Source: Camelus ferus (lineage: Eukaryota). From it: a stretch of DNA of 64,000 nt. The translations under genes and the position numbers were made by a program. Shown in pieces: positions 49,684 to 62,649 of the stretch. The DNA lies in NCBI RefSeq assembly GCF_009834535.1, contig NC_045708.1:30566001-30630000 (forward strand), written 5' to 3'. The notes under the pieces were generated by a model that was not told where the DNA came from, made no database searches, and saw only the letters and a list, made by a program, of their open reading frames with translations. Each line of letters starts with the position of its first letter. The first letter of the stretch is position 1.

Positions 49684-52330
49684 ACAGCTCTACCCGCTTC
49701 CACTCTCCCACTGGCCTCGGTGGGGTCTCTGCCAGCATGTTGGGCCAAGCCTTGCCTTATCCTCACTAAATCTTTGCCTTGTCCCTCTGTTGTGCATGTG
49801 CTCAATACATGTTGCCTTGAACCCGAGCAACCTACAGTAGGGCCAGCGGCCGTTACTTCTTCCTCTTTATTCAGGGTTCTGAATCCCTTGGGGACAGTAG
49901 TTGTTTATGTCATACAGAACAGAATTTTTTCCAAGCTGAATTTGACCCAGGTTTGAGTTCCAGCTCTGTTATCAGCTGGGTCACTTTGTGCACCAAGATT
50001 AATTCTTTGGAAATGAGTGAAACCCTTCAGAACTGGTATAGCCTCCACCCTGGCCCTGCCAAACTGTAATTACTCTAGTGGTGAGGTGGGGCTTACTAAC
50101 GTGTTCCTTAAACGTGCAGACTCTGGCCTGTAGTGCAGAGCTAACAGCAGGACCATCACGTTGCCCACTTTGTCTGTAGGATTTTGTAACTTAAAATTCT
50201 GTAATTCCATAGTCAAGGCTTCTGCCTCTTGCTTTGTTTAGAGGTTAGATTCATTGGCATCTCGAGGGCATCATCTGGTTTCCAGGATCTCATTATGCAT
50301 TTTTTTCCCCTAAGCTCTAATATACTGAACTTCAGGTATTCAAATGGCACATCATATTTTAAAATCCACATTGAATAGAAATAAAAAGAATTGTATGGAA
50401 CCCTAAAGTTGCACCTGGCAAAGAACTCAGGCCCATTGAAAGCCATGCCCAGCACTGCCCCTGGACTTGCCACCTCACGTAGTGGACCAGAGGACTATTG
50501 GCTAGTTCTGTCCTTTCCTCTAGGGCACCAGAGCACCTTTACCTCAGGCCTAACTTTCTGAAGTTTGCAGGACAATGTATATGGCAAATATACATTACAT
50601 CTAAAATTAAATTAAAAAATAAAAGTGAAGTCCACATTGCTATGATCTGGTTCTAGAGGAACACACAGCGCCCTCCTCTTCGCTGCATTCTGTTCGTATC
50701 TCTGTTACACCACTGACAGTTTTTCATGGTTAGATGACTCTGTCTGTATCCCACCAAATTTTAAGCTCCTTCAGCTTACATTTTCATATTTCTGCTGCCT
50801 GCCACAGGGCCTAGCACTCAAAAATGCTTACTTTGTAGATAAATTGATTTCCTTATGCATTCTGGTGAGTTACATACAAGGTTACTATAATGTAGTAAGA
50901 ATCTTACAAATATACATGGGCATAGACATTGTGCAAATATACAGATACACAACAGACATTTCAGTGTGATGTCCTTCAATGCCAAACCCTCATTTCACTG
51001 ATGTTATCCTTCATCAAAACATTTTAGGAACTCTGGTTTGAGAACTGTCTTCACATAAACTCTTAGAGGCTAGCACCTAGCACAGTGCCTAGATATAGGA
51101 GGTACTCAAAAAATACTTACTTTACTCTGAATCAACCAAATTTAGTCCAAAAATTTAATATTTAATATTAGCCAGTGATGTCCTCTTCTTAAACCAAAAC
51201 CACATTAGCTATCAGATTTGGCCTCACATGATTTCTGGCTACTTCTAAAACTTGAACTACATTCAAAAGAAAAAGATGCAATTCTGAAAGAGGATTTCCA
51301 TGTTCACTTTGAGCCATAGCAGCAGAGCTAAAATAAATATGTAGACTCCCGAGAGGACTGCTTTGAAAGGGAAAATGCACATTTGGATGTGTAAATTGCA
51401 CTTTGTTTACAGAGTGAGGCTTTAAGAGGTTAATCCAATGTAGTAAAAATGGTATTTGCCCCCAGGTCATCTGGCTCCCCAAACTGTGCTCTTTCCAGCA
51501 TACTGCATCATTTCCTGAGGCTTATGATGACAGCTCACTCCAAATCCCCGTTTCTCCAAAACACAAACTGAAAAATCCCCATTCAGCCCAAATTCAGTAG
51601 GACACTAGAATCTAATTACCATTTATGGGGATAATCTATGTAATGATTATCCTCAACTTTAACTTCGGCTTTGAAAAACACATTCTTCACAGTGGTAACA
51701 AGTTCCTTAATGCGAGTTTACTCCTAAAACACAAGCAGAGCAATGGGAACAGAAATCTCAGTGACTTCCAAGCAGCAGGGAGACAAAGGAGAGATGGGAA
51801 TCACTTGAGATATTCTGAGTAGGAAAAGTACAGGTATTTCCAACATGGAGAGTAACGGGGGGGTGGCAGTGTTGGTTCTTGTGCCCCATCTGAGTGATCT
51901 GCCTCATTTCCATGCGTATTCTGCTTCTACGCCTGATAAGGTAGCCCCCCAAATGAAAAACCCAAAGTGCCTCAGTCCCCTCCCTCTGTTGGTACAAGCC
52001 TGCTGCTAGAGGTCAACATTCACAGGGTGACAGGAATCCCAGCTTCAAGCCTTTAAGCCTGAGTAGTGGCTCATGTGGGAGTAGAGATCACATATTTATA
52101 CCTGTGTGGCTAAAGTTAGGCTCTGTAGGGTCTGCAGAGCTTTGGCCCCAGGAAGAATGAAATCTGGAAGCAGTCCTGTTCTTCCTCTCCTCTCCGCTCC
52201 CCTCCTGATGGAAAAACGGTTCCCTCTGCTCACCTCAACTTTTCCTACCTACTACATTCTTTTTGACTCCACTTTCTGTGGGTAGGGACTCCCAAACTAA
52301 AGTATGAGCAAACCAACATTTAATTAGTAT

Positions 52331-52336
52331 TTTATT
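52331..52336 (-). terminator. SVBP: SVBP polyadenylation signal
   Basis: AATAAA on - strand about 320 nt after the stop codon. Confidence 0.7.
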
Positions 52337-52654
52337 TGTACTTTTGGAGATTTACAGTTTCACAAGAAACACTAATTTTTTTTTTCAAACAATAGAAAAG
52401 GTTTAAAAAAAAGTGTCTATTGTCTTGGAAGAACAGAACAAGTCTCTTCAGCAAGCAATGGGCCAATTCAATTGGAGGAACCGGTGAAGCAGAAGTTACA
52501 TATAGGAATTCAGATTTATCCAGTTTTAGGAATAACACAAATGTCTTCTTGCCTAGTTGTGTAAGGCTCCAAATGGGCCATCTCAGCTTAAAACTGGTAA
52601 CAGGTTCACAAAGCAAGCCTCCAGGGTCCCATCTATTGTGAACACAGGGGTAGC

Positions 52655-52741
52655 TCATTCTCCAGGAGGCTGCATCTGTTTACAGAACTCATCAAACTGC
52701 TGCTGCTCCAGTTCTGTCATGACTCTGTTGAGGGCATAGAT
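52655..52741 (-). CDS. SVBP: SVBP last coding exon (87 nt)
   Basis: attcag|[28 protein letters not shown]; total 66 aa. Confidence 0.96.
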   Translation of the reverse strand: MYALNRVMTELEQQQFDEFCKQMQPPGE

Positions 52742-53569
52742 CTGAATGGGAGAAAAGATATGTTAGCAATGGAGACAGCTGCTCAGCGTACCTTCAGACA
52801 CAACTGGCTGTGCCCTTTCAAAGTGCCAGAACTGCATCAGTAAAGCAGGGGCAGTGATAAAGGAACCGGAGGGGTAGATGATGTTAAGTCCACCGGGGAA
52901 TCGGGAAAGAAGCTGGGAGGCAGGTGGCTTGATGTGGCCTTTAAAGCATCAGTAGGGTTTGAACAGGTAGAGATTGAGGAAGGGACATGAAAGGGGATGG
53001 GGGAGTGGATATTATGATTAAATAAATATAATGGAAAAGCACAGGATTACTTCTGGAAATTTCAAGTATGCTAATATGAAAGATATCATAGAGTGGGGTT
53101 TAGGGAGCTGGAGAAAGCAAGAAAAGTATGTTAGGGCCTTAAATGCCACGCCAAGGAATCTGGACTTCATCTGGCCAACTCTAGAGAACCAGCAAAGACA
53201 AATGTGCAGAGAAGCAACTTGATTCTATCTGTGCTTTGGAAAGATTACTCATGACTATGTGAGGGATGGAGTCTGGGAAGAGAGATTATCGGCATTTAGG
53301 AGACATCTATTACAACAGTCCAGGAGGAGGCAGGAGGAAAATGACCTAGGGCGGGCAGTTTGGGGGGTGGGAAGAAAACTGCAAGAGACATTCTAAGGTG
53401 AAAGGTAGTAGATAGAGTATCTACCTTATTGATCCCCTTGCAGTAATTAATCAATGCCCCGAAGTACCCGAAACACCATAAATCTTCCAGAAGAAAAAAA
53501 AAGAAGGGCCGTGTTTGTGTTAGGGGATGAAACTCGAGTAATCAAAAAGAAGAGAAGGGGAAAAAGAAC

Positions 53570-54330
53570 TGAGAAATGAGACAAACAGAAAATACAAAAT
53601 AAGAGCAGAAATTAATGAAAAAGCAACCAAATGTACAATAGAGAGTATCACCAAAACTGCAAAATGGTTTTTGAAAATACTAAAGAAAACCCTGTAAACC
53701 TGCCACAAGACTGGTCGGGCACAAACAGTACAAGAATTAAAAAGAAGACGTAATTGCTGATACAGTGGAGATTAAAACAAAACCTACGAGCTTTCTGTCA
53801 GTAAGTTGGAAAACTTAAAGATCAAAATTGACTAAATAGAAAGCTTGAATAATCCTATAATCTTTTCCCCCCAATTTAAACAATTGTGGTAAGATCTATA
53901 ATCTTTGAGGAAAACGGAATTCCACACTGATGAAAATAGTTTCAAAACACAAATGATTCTCAAAAAGTGTAACACTGAAAGTTAAAATGGTCAAGTTTTA
54001 TGTATATTTTACCATAATAAAAACAAATAAATTAATAAATTTGAATGGTTTAAAAAAAAGATTCTGAGTGAAGAGAGTCAGTCATGGAATATGGTAACAT
54101 ATATAAAGTTCAGAAACACGCAGGACTAGACAATGTATTGTTATGCTATAAAATATTATTTAGGGGTACACACAGAAAATAAATTAATATAGAACAGCAA
54201 GGGCATGATTAGCATAAAATTAAGGAAGGAGGGCACTGCTAGTGGGAAGGCTGGGGACGTGACCAGTGAGAGAGGCCCGAGGAGCTTCTAAGTTACTGGT
54301 CATGTTCTATTTCTGTAGTTGGGTGGTAGG
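53570..54330 (+). mobile_element. Degraded L1M fragments
   Basis: AATAAGAGCAGAAATTAATGAAA (ORF2 linker) and TTAAAATGGTCAAGTTTTATGTATATTTTACCATAATAAAA (3' end). Confidence 0.6.
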
Positions 54331-55704
54331 TACAAGGGTGATTGTTTTATTCATCTTCTTTAAGTGCACACACATTTTATATTTATTATATATAATATTA
54401 TTAAGTATATACATATATATGGCTGAGAAAGGAGAGACTCAAAATGGGTCAGGGGTCCAAGCCACAGAATGAAAGACTTTCAAGAAGGAAAGGGTCACCA
54501 ACAGTGCCAAATGCTACTTCAACTGCCAAATGGGACTCTGCTCCCATTCACCCCTCACTTTCACATCTCACTTTCTGGAATATGGCATCTTTTCAGAACT
54601 GAATGGAAACTGTGTCTCTTCCTCCCCACAAGGGCTCTTGTCACATTCCTATCTTAGGAGATTGCATTCCAGGCAACACAGATAAAACATCAAGACAGCT
54701 GCGAGGCAAAGCAGGAAGCAAGGGAGGAAAGTCAGGAGACCTGTTCAGACTGCAGCCTGCCCTTCAATCCGTCACTACCTAGGGATTCTGGTCATGTCAC
54801 TTCACTGTAAATGATGCTAACACCTTCTACCTTACAAGATCAGGTACGTTCTGTCTCCCTTCAAAGGTCAAAGTGGGAGCAACAATAATACAATAATCCT
54901 GATGTGAGGATTACATGTGGTCATGCCTGTGCAGGCTGGCCCTGTGCCTGGCACATCTGAGGAGCTCAACAAGTGCCAGCAGCTGCGGGAGTGCAGGTCC
55001 AATACGACATCTCAGCAAGTCAGCATAATTCACCTAGAGGCCGCACAGTAAGGCACAGGGACTCCCCGTAACAGTCGCTGCCATATCCAGGCGCTTTCCC
55101 CAGGCCCGGCCCTGTGCCTACTGCTTTACATACAACACTTCTGTTCTTTACCACGATCTTGTGAGGCTGATGTTACCATCCTCGTTTTACCAAGGAGGCA
55201 TTGAGGTTCAGAGAGGTTCAGTAGCTGGTACAAGGGGACCTGGGAAGAACTGGAATTTACAGAGGAGCTGGGATTTGAAGTCAGACAAAGAAGTCTAACC
55301 TGTGGAACCTCATGGCAGGGTGTCATGTGAACAATGTCGTCAACAACATCTACTGCTGCAGTGTGCACAAAGGAGTTTCCTAGGGCTGTTTCTTACAGCG
55401 GCCCTCCAACTTTCACCAAAGCACGATGCAGCCAAATCATCTAGGGGCCTGGATCCAGGTGAGGACGGGGAGGTGAAGGAAAGAGGGGAACAAGCTGTTA
55501 GAACCGAGGTCCACAGCTCTCAGATGGTCTGCCTGAATCCAAAGGCAGTTTTCAGTTTATGAGTTAACTTCAAACACACTATTAAATTTACTTCTTATGT
55601 TTCTGTCGGCCTCCCCGACTGACTGCAAGCTCCATGAAGGCAGGGACTCTTCCCTGCCTGGTCCAGTCATGTATCTCATGAATGTTTGTTTAGTGAGTGG
55701 ATCA

Positions 55705-56560
55705 TATTAACAAAAATTTAAAGTCTGACACTATCAAGTGTTGGAAAAGAAGTGAGGAATGAGAAGAAGTGCAAACTTGTACAATTTCTTTGAAAATAAT
55801 TAGGCAACATCTAGTAAATTTGAAAATGTACCCAATAATTCTACTCCTAGAATTTATGTATATGCCCTACAGGAATTCTAGCACATGTGCCAAAGGAGAC
55901 AACTAAAAGGTTTTCACTTCCATATTGTCTGTAATAGCAAAAATTGTTATTTAAATGCCCTATAAATTATTTAAATATCCATCACTGAAGGCCTGGGTAA
56001 ATGTACTAAAGTGGATTCATAAAACAGACTACTATAAGCAGTGCTGAGGAGTTAGCCAGATTCCTACACTGACAGGAATAGTTCTAAAAAACATAATGTA
56101 AGCAAAATGCAAAACAAAACATATGGAATTAATGTAAGTTTTAAAAAAATTTTTTGGGGGGGATGGTGGTAGTTAGGTTTATTTATTTATTTAATTTTAG
56201 AGGGAGTACTGGAGATTGAACCCAGGACTTCATGCATGCTAAGCACGTTCTCTACCACTTGAGCTATACCCTCCCCTCAATGTAAAATTTTTAAAACAAA
56301 AGAACACTGTATTGTTCAAGAATAGCTATTAATATATTTGAGTGTAAAAGTATAAAAAAACAGGGTTGCAAATAGGGAGAGGAAAAAGGGTATAAGACAG
56401 AAAATGGAAAAAGGGGACTTCATATTTATATGTAATTTTTATTGATCTTATTTAAGACTCCAGGCAAATATGATAAAATGTTAACCACTACCAATCTGGG
56501 GTGCTGAGTACCCAGGTGTTAGTTATAATGTTCTGTTTTTCTGTATTTTTAAATCTCTGG
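55705..56560 (+). mobile_element. Degraded L1ME-type fragment carrying the nested camelid SINE
   Basis: TTTCTTTGAAAATAATTAGGCAACATCTAGTAAATTTGAAAATG...CAATAATTCTACTCCTAGAATT. Confidence 0.6.
56150..56278 (-). mobile_element. Camelid tRNA-Ala-derived SINE (Vic-1-like)
   Basis: - strand GGGGAGGGTATAGCTCAAGTGGTAGAGAACGTGCTTAGCATGCATGAAGTCCTGGGTTCAATCTCCAGTACTCC plus AAATAAATAAACCTAA tail. Confidence 0.9.
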
Positions 56561-57095
56561 GGAAAAAAAGGGAAACAAAACAAAAGAGGGAAAAGACTGC
56601 AGCAGACTTTTTTTCTGATATTAAATACTCAAATCAAATACATAAACAGCCAAGTTGATTTTAGGTGCAGAGTGAACAAAGGAACACAGTGCTGTGTGTA
56701 GAGCTTAGGACTCTACTTCCTGGTTATGAGCAGCTACTCTCCAGACCAAATTCAGAACATCCGTACTAGGGGATGTCTGACACCTGCTCTCTCTCTCACT
56801 CCCTTACAGGACCCCTTCTTTCTGTTTTCTTCCTTCCCTCAGGTCCCTACCACAAAAGCTCTGCACCAGGAGTCATCTGGAGACCTGGTACTGGTTGGTC
56901 AGGGTTCTGACACTTGGCATGTGACTCTGAGCTGCCACCTCTTCATCAGGACCTGAGTGATCTCCTCTGGAAACCTGGGAGAACACCTGTTTTGCCTGGA
57001 AGCAGGTGGGGCTCCCCATCACAGCTCTCCTCTCCTATTTCTCTATTCCAGCATCATCTCCAGCAGAGTACAGGTAGATACCTCCCTAATCTCAC

Positions 57096-57209
57096 CTCTG
57101 CTCTTTGTCTTTGCTTCAGCTCCTGCTGGGCTGATTTCTGCTTGGCCTTCTCAACTCTGCTGACAGGCTCTTTAACTTTGGATTTTTCTTTCCGTGCAGG
57201 TGGATCCAT
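57096..57209 (-). CDS. SVBP: Small vasohibin-binding protein, first coding exon (114 nt; exon begins at 57245 with 36 nt of UTR)
   Basis: [38 protein letters not shown]|gtgaga; acceptor atacag at 57246. Confidence 0.96.
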
Positions 57210-57960
57210 GACTTGGCTTCTGAGCGCTTCTTAGTCAGCTCTGACCTGTATAGCACAGAAGGAGGCTGATCTAAAAAACGAAAAAGAAAGGACGAAGGAA
57301 CGAACTGCCTGTCATTCGCCTAATATCCTACCTCAGCCCCTTCCTTTGGCAGGTGGGGCAGAGGGACCCGGGGGAAAGGGCACACTGCATTGGAGTAAGA
57401 CCTGAGTCTCACTACCACCACCACGCTGCGCGTCCCTAGGCAAATCTCCTTCCCACTCTGAGCCTTAGTTTTCTCTATCTGCAAAATGGAACTACAGTCC
57501 ACTCCCTGGACCCCTTCCACGAGCTGCCCTGTGAGGACCAAACGATAAGAGTCCTGTGAAAGCGGTTCATACACTGTGGCGCGCCGCATCCAGGGTGGGT
57601 CTGCTAGAATTACGAAGCCACCGCGGCCCAGGGGGACCAGCCGGCCGAAGTCCAGGCAGGACCGCGGGGACCCGAAACTCGCTGTCTCCGGCCTTCGGTC
57701 CAGCGCTCTCCCACCCCCTCCCTCCCGGGCAGCTACCGCCCGGCTAGGCCGGCCGGGCCCGCCCTCCGCCGCCGCCCCGCCCTGGGCCCAAGCCCGGCCC
57801 CGGGGGAGCGCCTCGCCCGCCGCTGCCCTCTTCCGGTGCAAAATGGCGGCGGGAGGCGGGCGACGCCCGGGAGTCGGCGCCTTCCCTCCCCAGCCTCGGG
57901 GCCCGGGGCCCCGCCGTGTCGCGGACAAGGCCCCACGAGGGGACCCTAGCCTTTCCCTAC

Positions 57961-58060
57961 CTCCGGGTCTGGAGTCCAGAGCCCGCCGCGCCTGGGATTG
58001 GGCGGGGACGGGGGCGCGACGGGGCGGGGCCCGGAGGCGGGGGGCAGTCCGGCGCGCCGA
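57961..58060 (-). other. SVBP: SVBP non-coding exon 1 (3' boundary 57961; 5' end approximate)
   Basis: Donor GAG|GTAGGG at 57960-57955 inside the CpG island, upstream of the UTR-containing exon 2. Confidence 0.65.
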
Positions 58061-58117
58061 GGCCCCGCCCACAGGAAGGACCGCGCGTGCGCAAAGCGGC
58101 GGTCCGGACGCCCGGGA

Positions 58118-58206
58118 GCTGGCGCTGGGGCTGGCGCTGGGGCTGGCGCTGGGGCTGGCGCTGGGGCTGGCGCTGGGGCTGGCGCTGGGGCTGGCGCTGG
58201 GGCTGG
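58118..58206 (+). repeat. Perfect GC-rich dodecamer tandem repeat (GCTGGCGCTGGG)x7 + GCTGG
   Basis: Seven identical 12-mers counted directly. Confidence 0.97.
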
Positions 58207-59119
58207 AGTGGGTGGGAACGAGTAATAAAAGCTTTTCCCGGGATTATATTCTCGGGTAGCTGCTCGGCCTTGAAGGGTGAGATCTGAAACCTGGGACTAG
58301 AATTGTAGCTTTCTAAGCCTCAGTTTTTAATTCGAAAAATAGGAATGGTGATTGCCGCCTTCTTGATTTAGGAGCTTGTTAGGAAGGTCAAATGAGAGCC
58401 TGTTTGCCACAGTGCTTTGAAAAGGAAATAGTGAGAGAAGTATAAATAGCCAATATAAACAAAGGGAAATGTTCAGGTTCACTCATAATCAATAAGTTTA
58501 CAATGACAATTTTTTACAATTACAATTTTATAATTATTTACAATAATTTTACAAATAAAGATACCTGGCTATCATTTTTCATTTATTAGATTAGCAAGGA
58601 TTGGACAAAATGGTAGATAAATGCTTTGACAGAAATCTTGCTCAGTCTAGTAAGAATAATGACAACAACAACAATAATGCTACCTGTCTTCTGGGCTTTA
58701 TTATATTCCAGGTACTCTTCTTAGAGCTTCATATTTATTACTTATTTATTCCTCATAGTAAGTACGCATAATAATGTACGTCCATAATAATATTATTGTT
58801 CCCATTTTGCAAATAAGTGAACAGAGGCACAGAGACGTTAAGTAACTTGTCCAAGGTCACACAGCTAGTAAGTGCCCCAACCAGTATTTCAGCCAGGATT
58901 TAGGATAGGACAATGGCCTGTCCAAAGGAAAACATGTTCAAGGCTGCTCCTTTTGTACGTCTAAGGACTGGGCAAGAATTGAAACAAAGGATGGATTCTA
59001 AGCAACAGTGAAAGTGTAGCCCGGATGAACACTCAAACATTTTCAGTCAAAGTGTAAGTGGTTACAACCTTTTTGGAAGCCAGTTTAGCACGGCATGTCA
59101 GAAGCCTTGAAAATAAGCA

Positions 59120-59745
59120 CAACCCCACAAAAAGACAAATACTGCATGATTCCATTTCTGTGAGATACCTAAAACAGTCAAACTCTTAGAAAGTAGAATA
59201 GTGATTGCCAGGCACTGGGGGAGTGGGGGAAAGGGGAGTTGTTCAATGGATGTAAAGTTTCAGTTTTGCAAGATGAAAAAGTTGTAGACATCAGTTGCAA
59301 AACAATAGGCATATAGTTAATACCACTGTTATTACCACTTAAAAATGATTAAGATGGTAAACCTTTCTAAGGAGGAAACTATCAACAAAATGAAGAGACA
59401 ACCAATGGGAGAAAATATTTGCAGTCGATATGAACAATAAGGGGTTAATATTCAAAATGTATAAACAGCCTATNNNNNNNNNNNNNNNNNNNNNNNNNNN
59501 NNNNNNNNNNNNNNNNNNNNNNNNNNNNNNNNNNNNNNNNNNNNNNNNNNNNNNNNNNNNNNNNNNNNNNNNNNNNNNNNNNNNNNNNNNNNNNNNNNNN
59601 NNNNNNNNNNNNNNNNNNNNNNNNNNNNNNNNNNNNNNNNNNNCAACTGTCATCATGGCTATCATCAAAAAAAAAAAACAAACAAAAAAAAAAACAACAA
59701 AACACACACACACAAATAACAGGATGACGAGGATGTGGAGAAAAG
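59120..59745 (+). mobile_element. Two adjacent L1 fragments (3'UTR piece, then ORF2 C-terminal piece)
   Basis: AAAAGACAAATACTGCATGATTCCATTTCTGTGAG...; ATGGGAGAAAATATTTGCAG...GGGTTAATATTCAAAATGTATAA...GATGTGGAGAAAAGGGAAC. Confidence 0.75.
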
Positions 59746-60015
59746 GGAACAAGAGTCTGTTTCAGAAATCTTGACATAATAGTGTATTTTACATTTGCAT
59801 CACGTTGTACAATTTATAAAGTTTAGATTACAGCTGGAGACAGGGCAGGGATCTTTGGAAGGCTTTAAAAAAAAAAAAGACTAAAATGACTGGATGTAGG
59901 GAATGAAGGAGTGGAAAAGCCAAACTGGAAGACTGGAAAAAGTGGGGAGCCACTGATAAAAGTGATGTTATCATAAGTTGTCTTGGGAAAAGATGAGGAA
60001 GAGGATAAGTTAGAA

Positions 60016-60064
60016 GTGTGTGTGTGTGTGTGTGTGTGAGACAGAGACACAGACACAGACACAG
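60016..60064 (+). repeat. (TG)11 followed by GACACA-type repeat
   Basis: Seen directly. Confidence 0.9.
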
Positions 60065-60079
60065 AGTCAGTTTACCCTT

Positions 60080-60950
60080 TAAATTATCCTAACTAAATAA
60101 TCCCATCTCTTTTCCTGTGCTGAATCCCCTGTCTCCTGGATCTTTCTGTTTGTGGTTTATTTTCTCATTATGGAGGATCTTATTCTCCAGTAGCTTCCTC
60201 AGAAGAGGTTCATGAAAGGTAAGTTTTTGAGACCTTGCTTGCCTAAAAATGGCTTTATTTTGCTCTCACACTTGACTGACAGCTGGGTGGGGTACAGATT
60301 TCCAGATTGGGAATCACTTTCCCTGAGAATGTTAAAGGCATTGATCCATCATCATCTAGCTTCTCATGTGGCTAGACTCTTGAAAAGTCTGAATGATTTT
60401 GATTTCTGTTACTTCCTGTGTAATTTTTATTTGTTCATTTGTTTCTGGAAGCTTTTAGGACATATATCTTTCCTTCATCGTTGGTGTCCTAAACCTTCAT
60501 CATGGTAAGTGATAATATAGGTCTATCATTCATTGCACTAGGGACTCATTGGTTTCTTTCAATCAGGAAACATAGTCTTCAATTCTGAGAAATTTTCTGT
60601 GTGTTAGATTGTCTGGTTTTTTAATTCATCTTTTCCCTCTCATTTTCCATCTCCCTTTTTTTTTTTTTTACTTTAACTTTTTGAGACATTTTCCTGAACT
60701 TTATCCTCTGATTTTTCTGTTGAATTGGTTTATTTCTATTATAAAATTTTAGTTTCCAAGAGTTTTTCCTGTTTCCCTGACTTTCCTTTTGGTAGCCTCT
60801 TGCTTTTGTGTTGTGGATTCAGGATCTTCTTTATTTTGCGTTTCTGAGGATATCAGTTGTAATTTTCTGCCACTTTCTACCACTTCCTAGATTGTCTCCA
60901 TTGTTTATTTTGGTCTCTGGCTTTCAAGTTGGAGACTTTCCTCAGATAAT
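60080..60950 (-). mobile_element. Degraded L1M fragment
   Basis: T-rich strand with GCTGGGTGGGGTACAGATTTCCAGATTGGGAATCACTTTCCCTGAGAATGTTAAAGGCATT. Confidence 0.6.
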
Positions 60951-62023
60951 AACAATAGCTACCATTTATTGGGTGTAAAGAACTGTTCCAAATATTTTTA
61001 CATGCTTTAACTAATATAATCCTTACACCCAGTGAGGGAGTTACCATTCTTAGCTTCAATTTACCAATAAGGTACAAACTACTATGTATAAAATAAATAA
61101 GCTACAAAGATATATTGTACAGCATAGGAAACATAGCCATTGTTTTATAATAACTCTAAATGGAATATAAGTTAAGAAAAGTGACTGGCTTATTTCTCTT
61201 TCTAAGCATTCTAATGTATGAGGCTATGATAAAATTTTAAAAAGTCAATTTCCTGAGGAAAAAAAAGACATGTAAAAAAATTTATAGTAAGGAAACAGAG
61301 ACAGAAAGGTTAAGGCTCTCATCCAGGTCACAAAGCTCAGAAGTGAACCTGAATTTGATCAAACCTCCAGCTTTCCAGTTTACATGAAATATGAGAGATG
61401 GAGAAATAAATAATACTGCAAGAAAGCAATTGACCCAGTTGAGAATGAGGGACATTGTACAAGACAAATTACCATGAATCAAAGGTATAAGGAAAACTTT
61501 TAAAGGAAGGGCAGAGGAATCATTATGGAATAAAGACACTTAGGAAGTTTAGCCACAAAATGCAATGTATGTACTTTGTTTGGATTCAGGTTTGAGCAAA
61601 CCATTAGTAAAAAGACATATTTGACACCACTGAAAACATGTGAACATAGACTGGCTATCAAATTCTATAAAGGGATTACTGTCAATTTTGATAGGTGTAG
61701 TAATGGCATGAAGTATGTATTTGTCCATGTGCCTTAAAAATGAATGAGGGCCCCAAAGAGATTTAGTTTACATGGGTTATATTTTTTGAAATTTGCCATA
61801 TTAGGAATTAAAACTGAGATATTTAAATTATAACCTCATTTAAGAACAAAAATAATAAACACATTACATGTCAACATACCATGTTTTATGAAAAACAACT
61901 ATTTTCTGAAACAAGAAAATAGAAGAATGTTTTCCATTTCTGTAAGTCCTTTAAGTGTCTGGCTTAACAGACGACAGCTATTAGCTCATACCAGTTACTG
62001 CATTCAATTGGGAAGTGCATGTA

Positions 62024-62097
62024 CGGTTGACCCTTGAACAACGTGGGTTTGAACTACCTGGGTCCACTTAAACGTGGATATTTTTCAACAGTAAATA
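62024..62097 (+). mobile_element. Tigger (TcMar) terminal fragment
   Basis: TA followed by CGGTTGACCCTTGAACAACGTGGGTTTGAACT...GGGTCCACTTAAACGTGGATATTTT. Confidence 0.7.
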
Positions 62098-62649
62098 CCC
62101 AGTCCGCGAGTCTCAGCTACCCTGAAATTGGGTGAGCTGAGGAGACATGGTGTGAGCCATCACCGGTGTCTGCTAGACTGAGAAACTAATGTTGAGTGAA
62201 AAAAGGAAAACACAGGGAGGGTATTACATATGATGTGCTCCATCTTTATAAAGTTTAAAAATACATAAAAGGATACAATTATGGATCTTATTAATATAAA
62301 ATTGTGGCTATTCTGAAAGCAAGGTAGGAGGGAAAGCGTTTATCACATGTTGGGGGCAGTAAGCAAGTTTGTTTGTCAGAAAGCACACATCAGGGTGCAG
62401 CTGGAGATAAAGGTGGTGAGTTATAGAAGGTGGCTAACTGGTGGTTCTTTGAAACCGATCTTCAGTTTTACTCTGATTTAGAAAGGAAAGAGAAGCAAGC
62501 TTTTCAGAAAGGGTGTGATAGGATCAAAATGTATCAAAGGCAATCACTTTGCACTTAGCTTGGGAGGGAAAGGGAGCTGAGGGGCAAAGGCCCTTTACCT
62601 CAGTGGCACTGGAAGGCTCCCTCACTCTTAGGAAGCCTCTTTTTGCTCA

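Larger units (their letters stand above)
57560..58280. promoter_or_regulatory. CpG island and bidirectional promoter of SVBP (-) and ERMAP (+)
   Basis: CpG-dense; ETS CTTCCGG 57830-57836 next to YY1 AAAATGGCGGC 57840-57850; GC boxes 58000-58030; NRF1-like GCGCGTGCGCA 58083-58093. ERMAP assigned by recalled synteny only. Confidence 0.8.

Noticed and set aside
57320-58072. 250-aa - strand ORF over the SVBP promoter
   Set aside because: Low-complexity CpG-island artefact crossing SVBP intron 1
58118-58206. CRISPR-like array
   Set aside because: Contiguous tandem repeat without spacers in a mammalian genome
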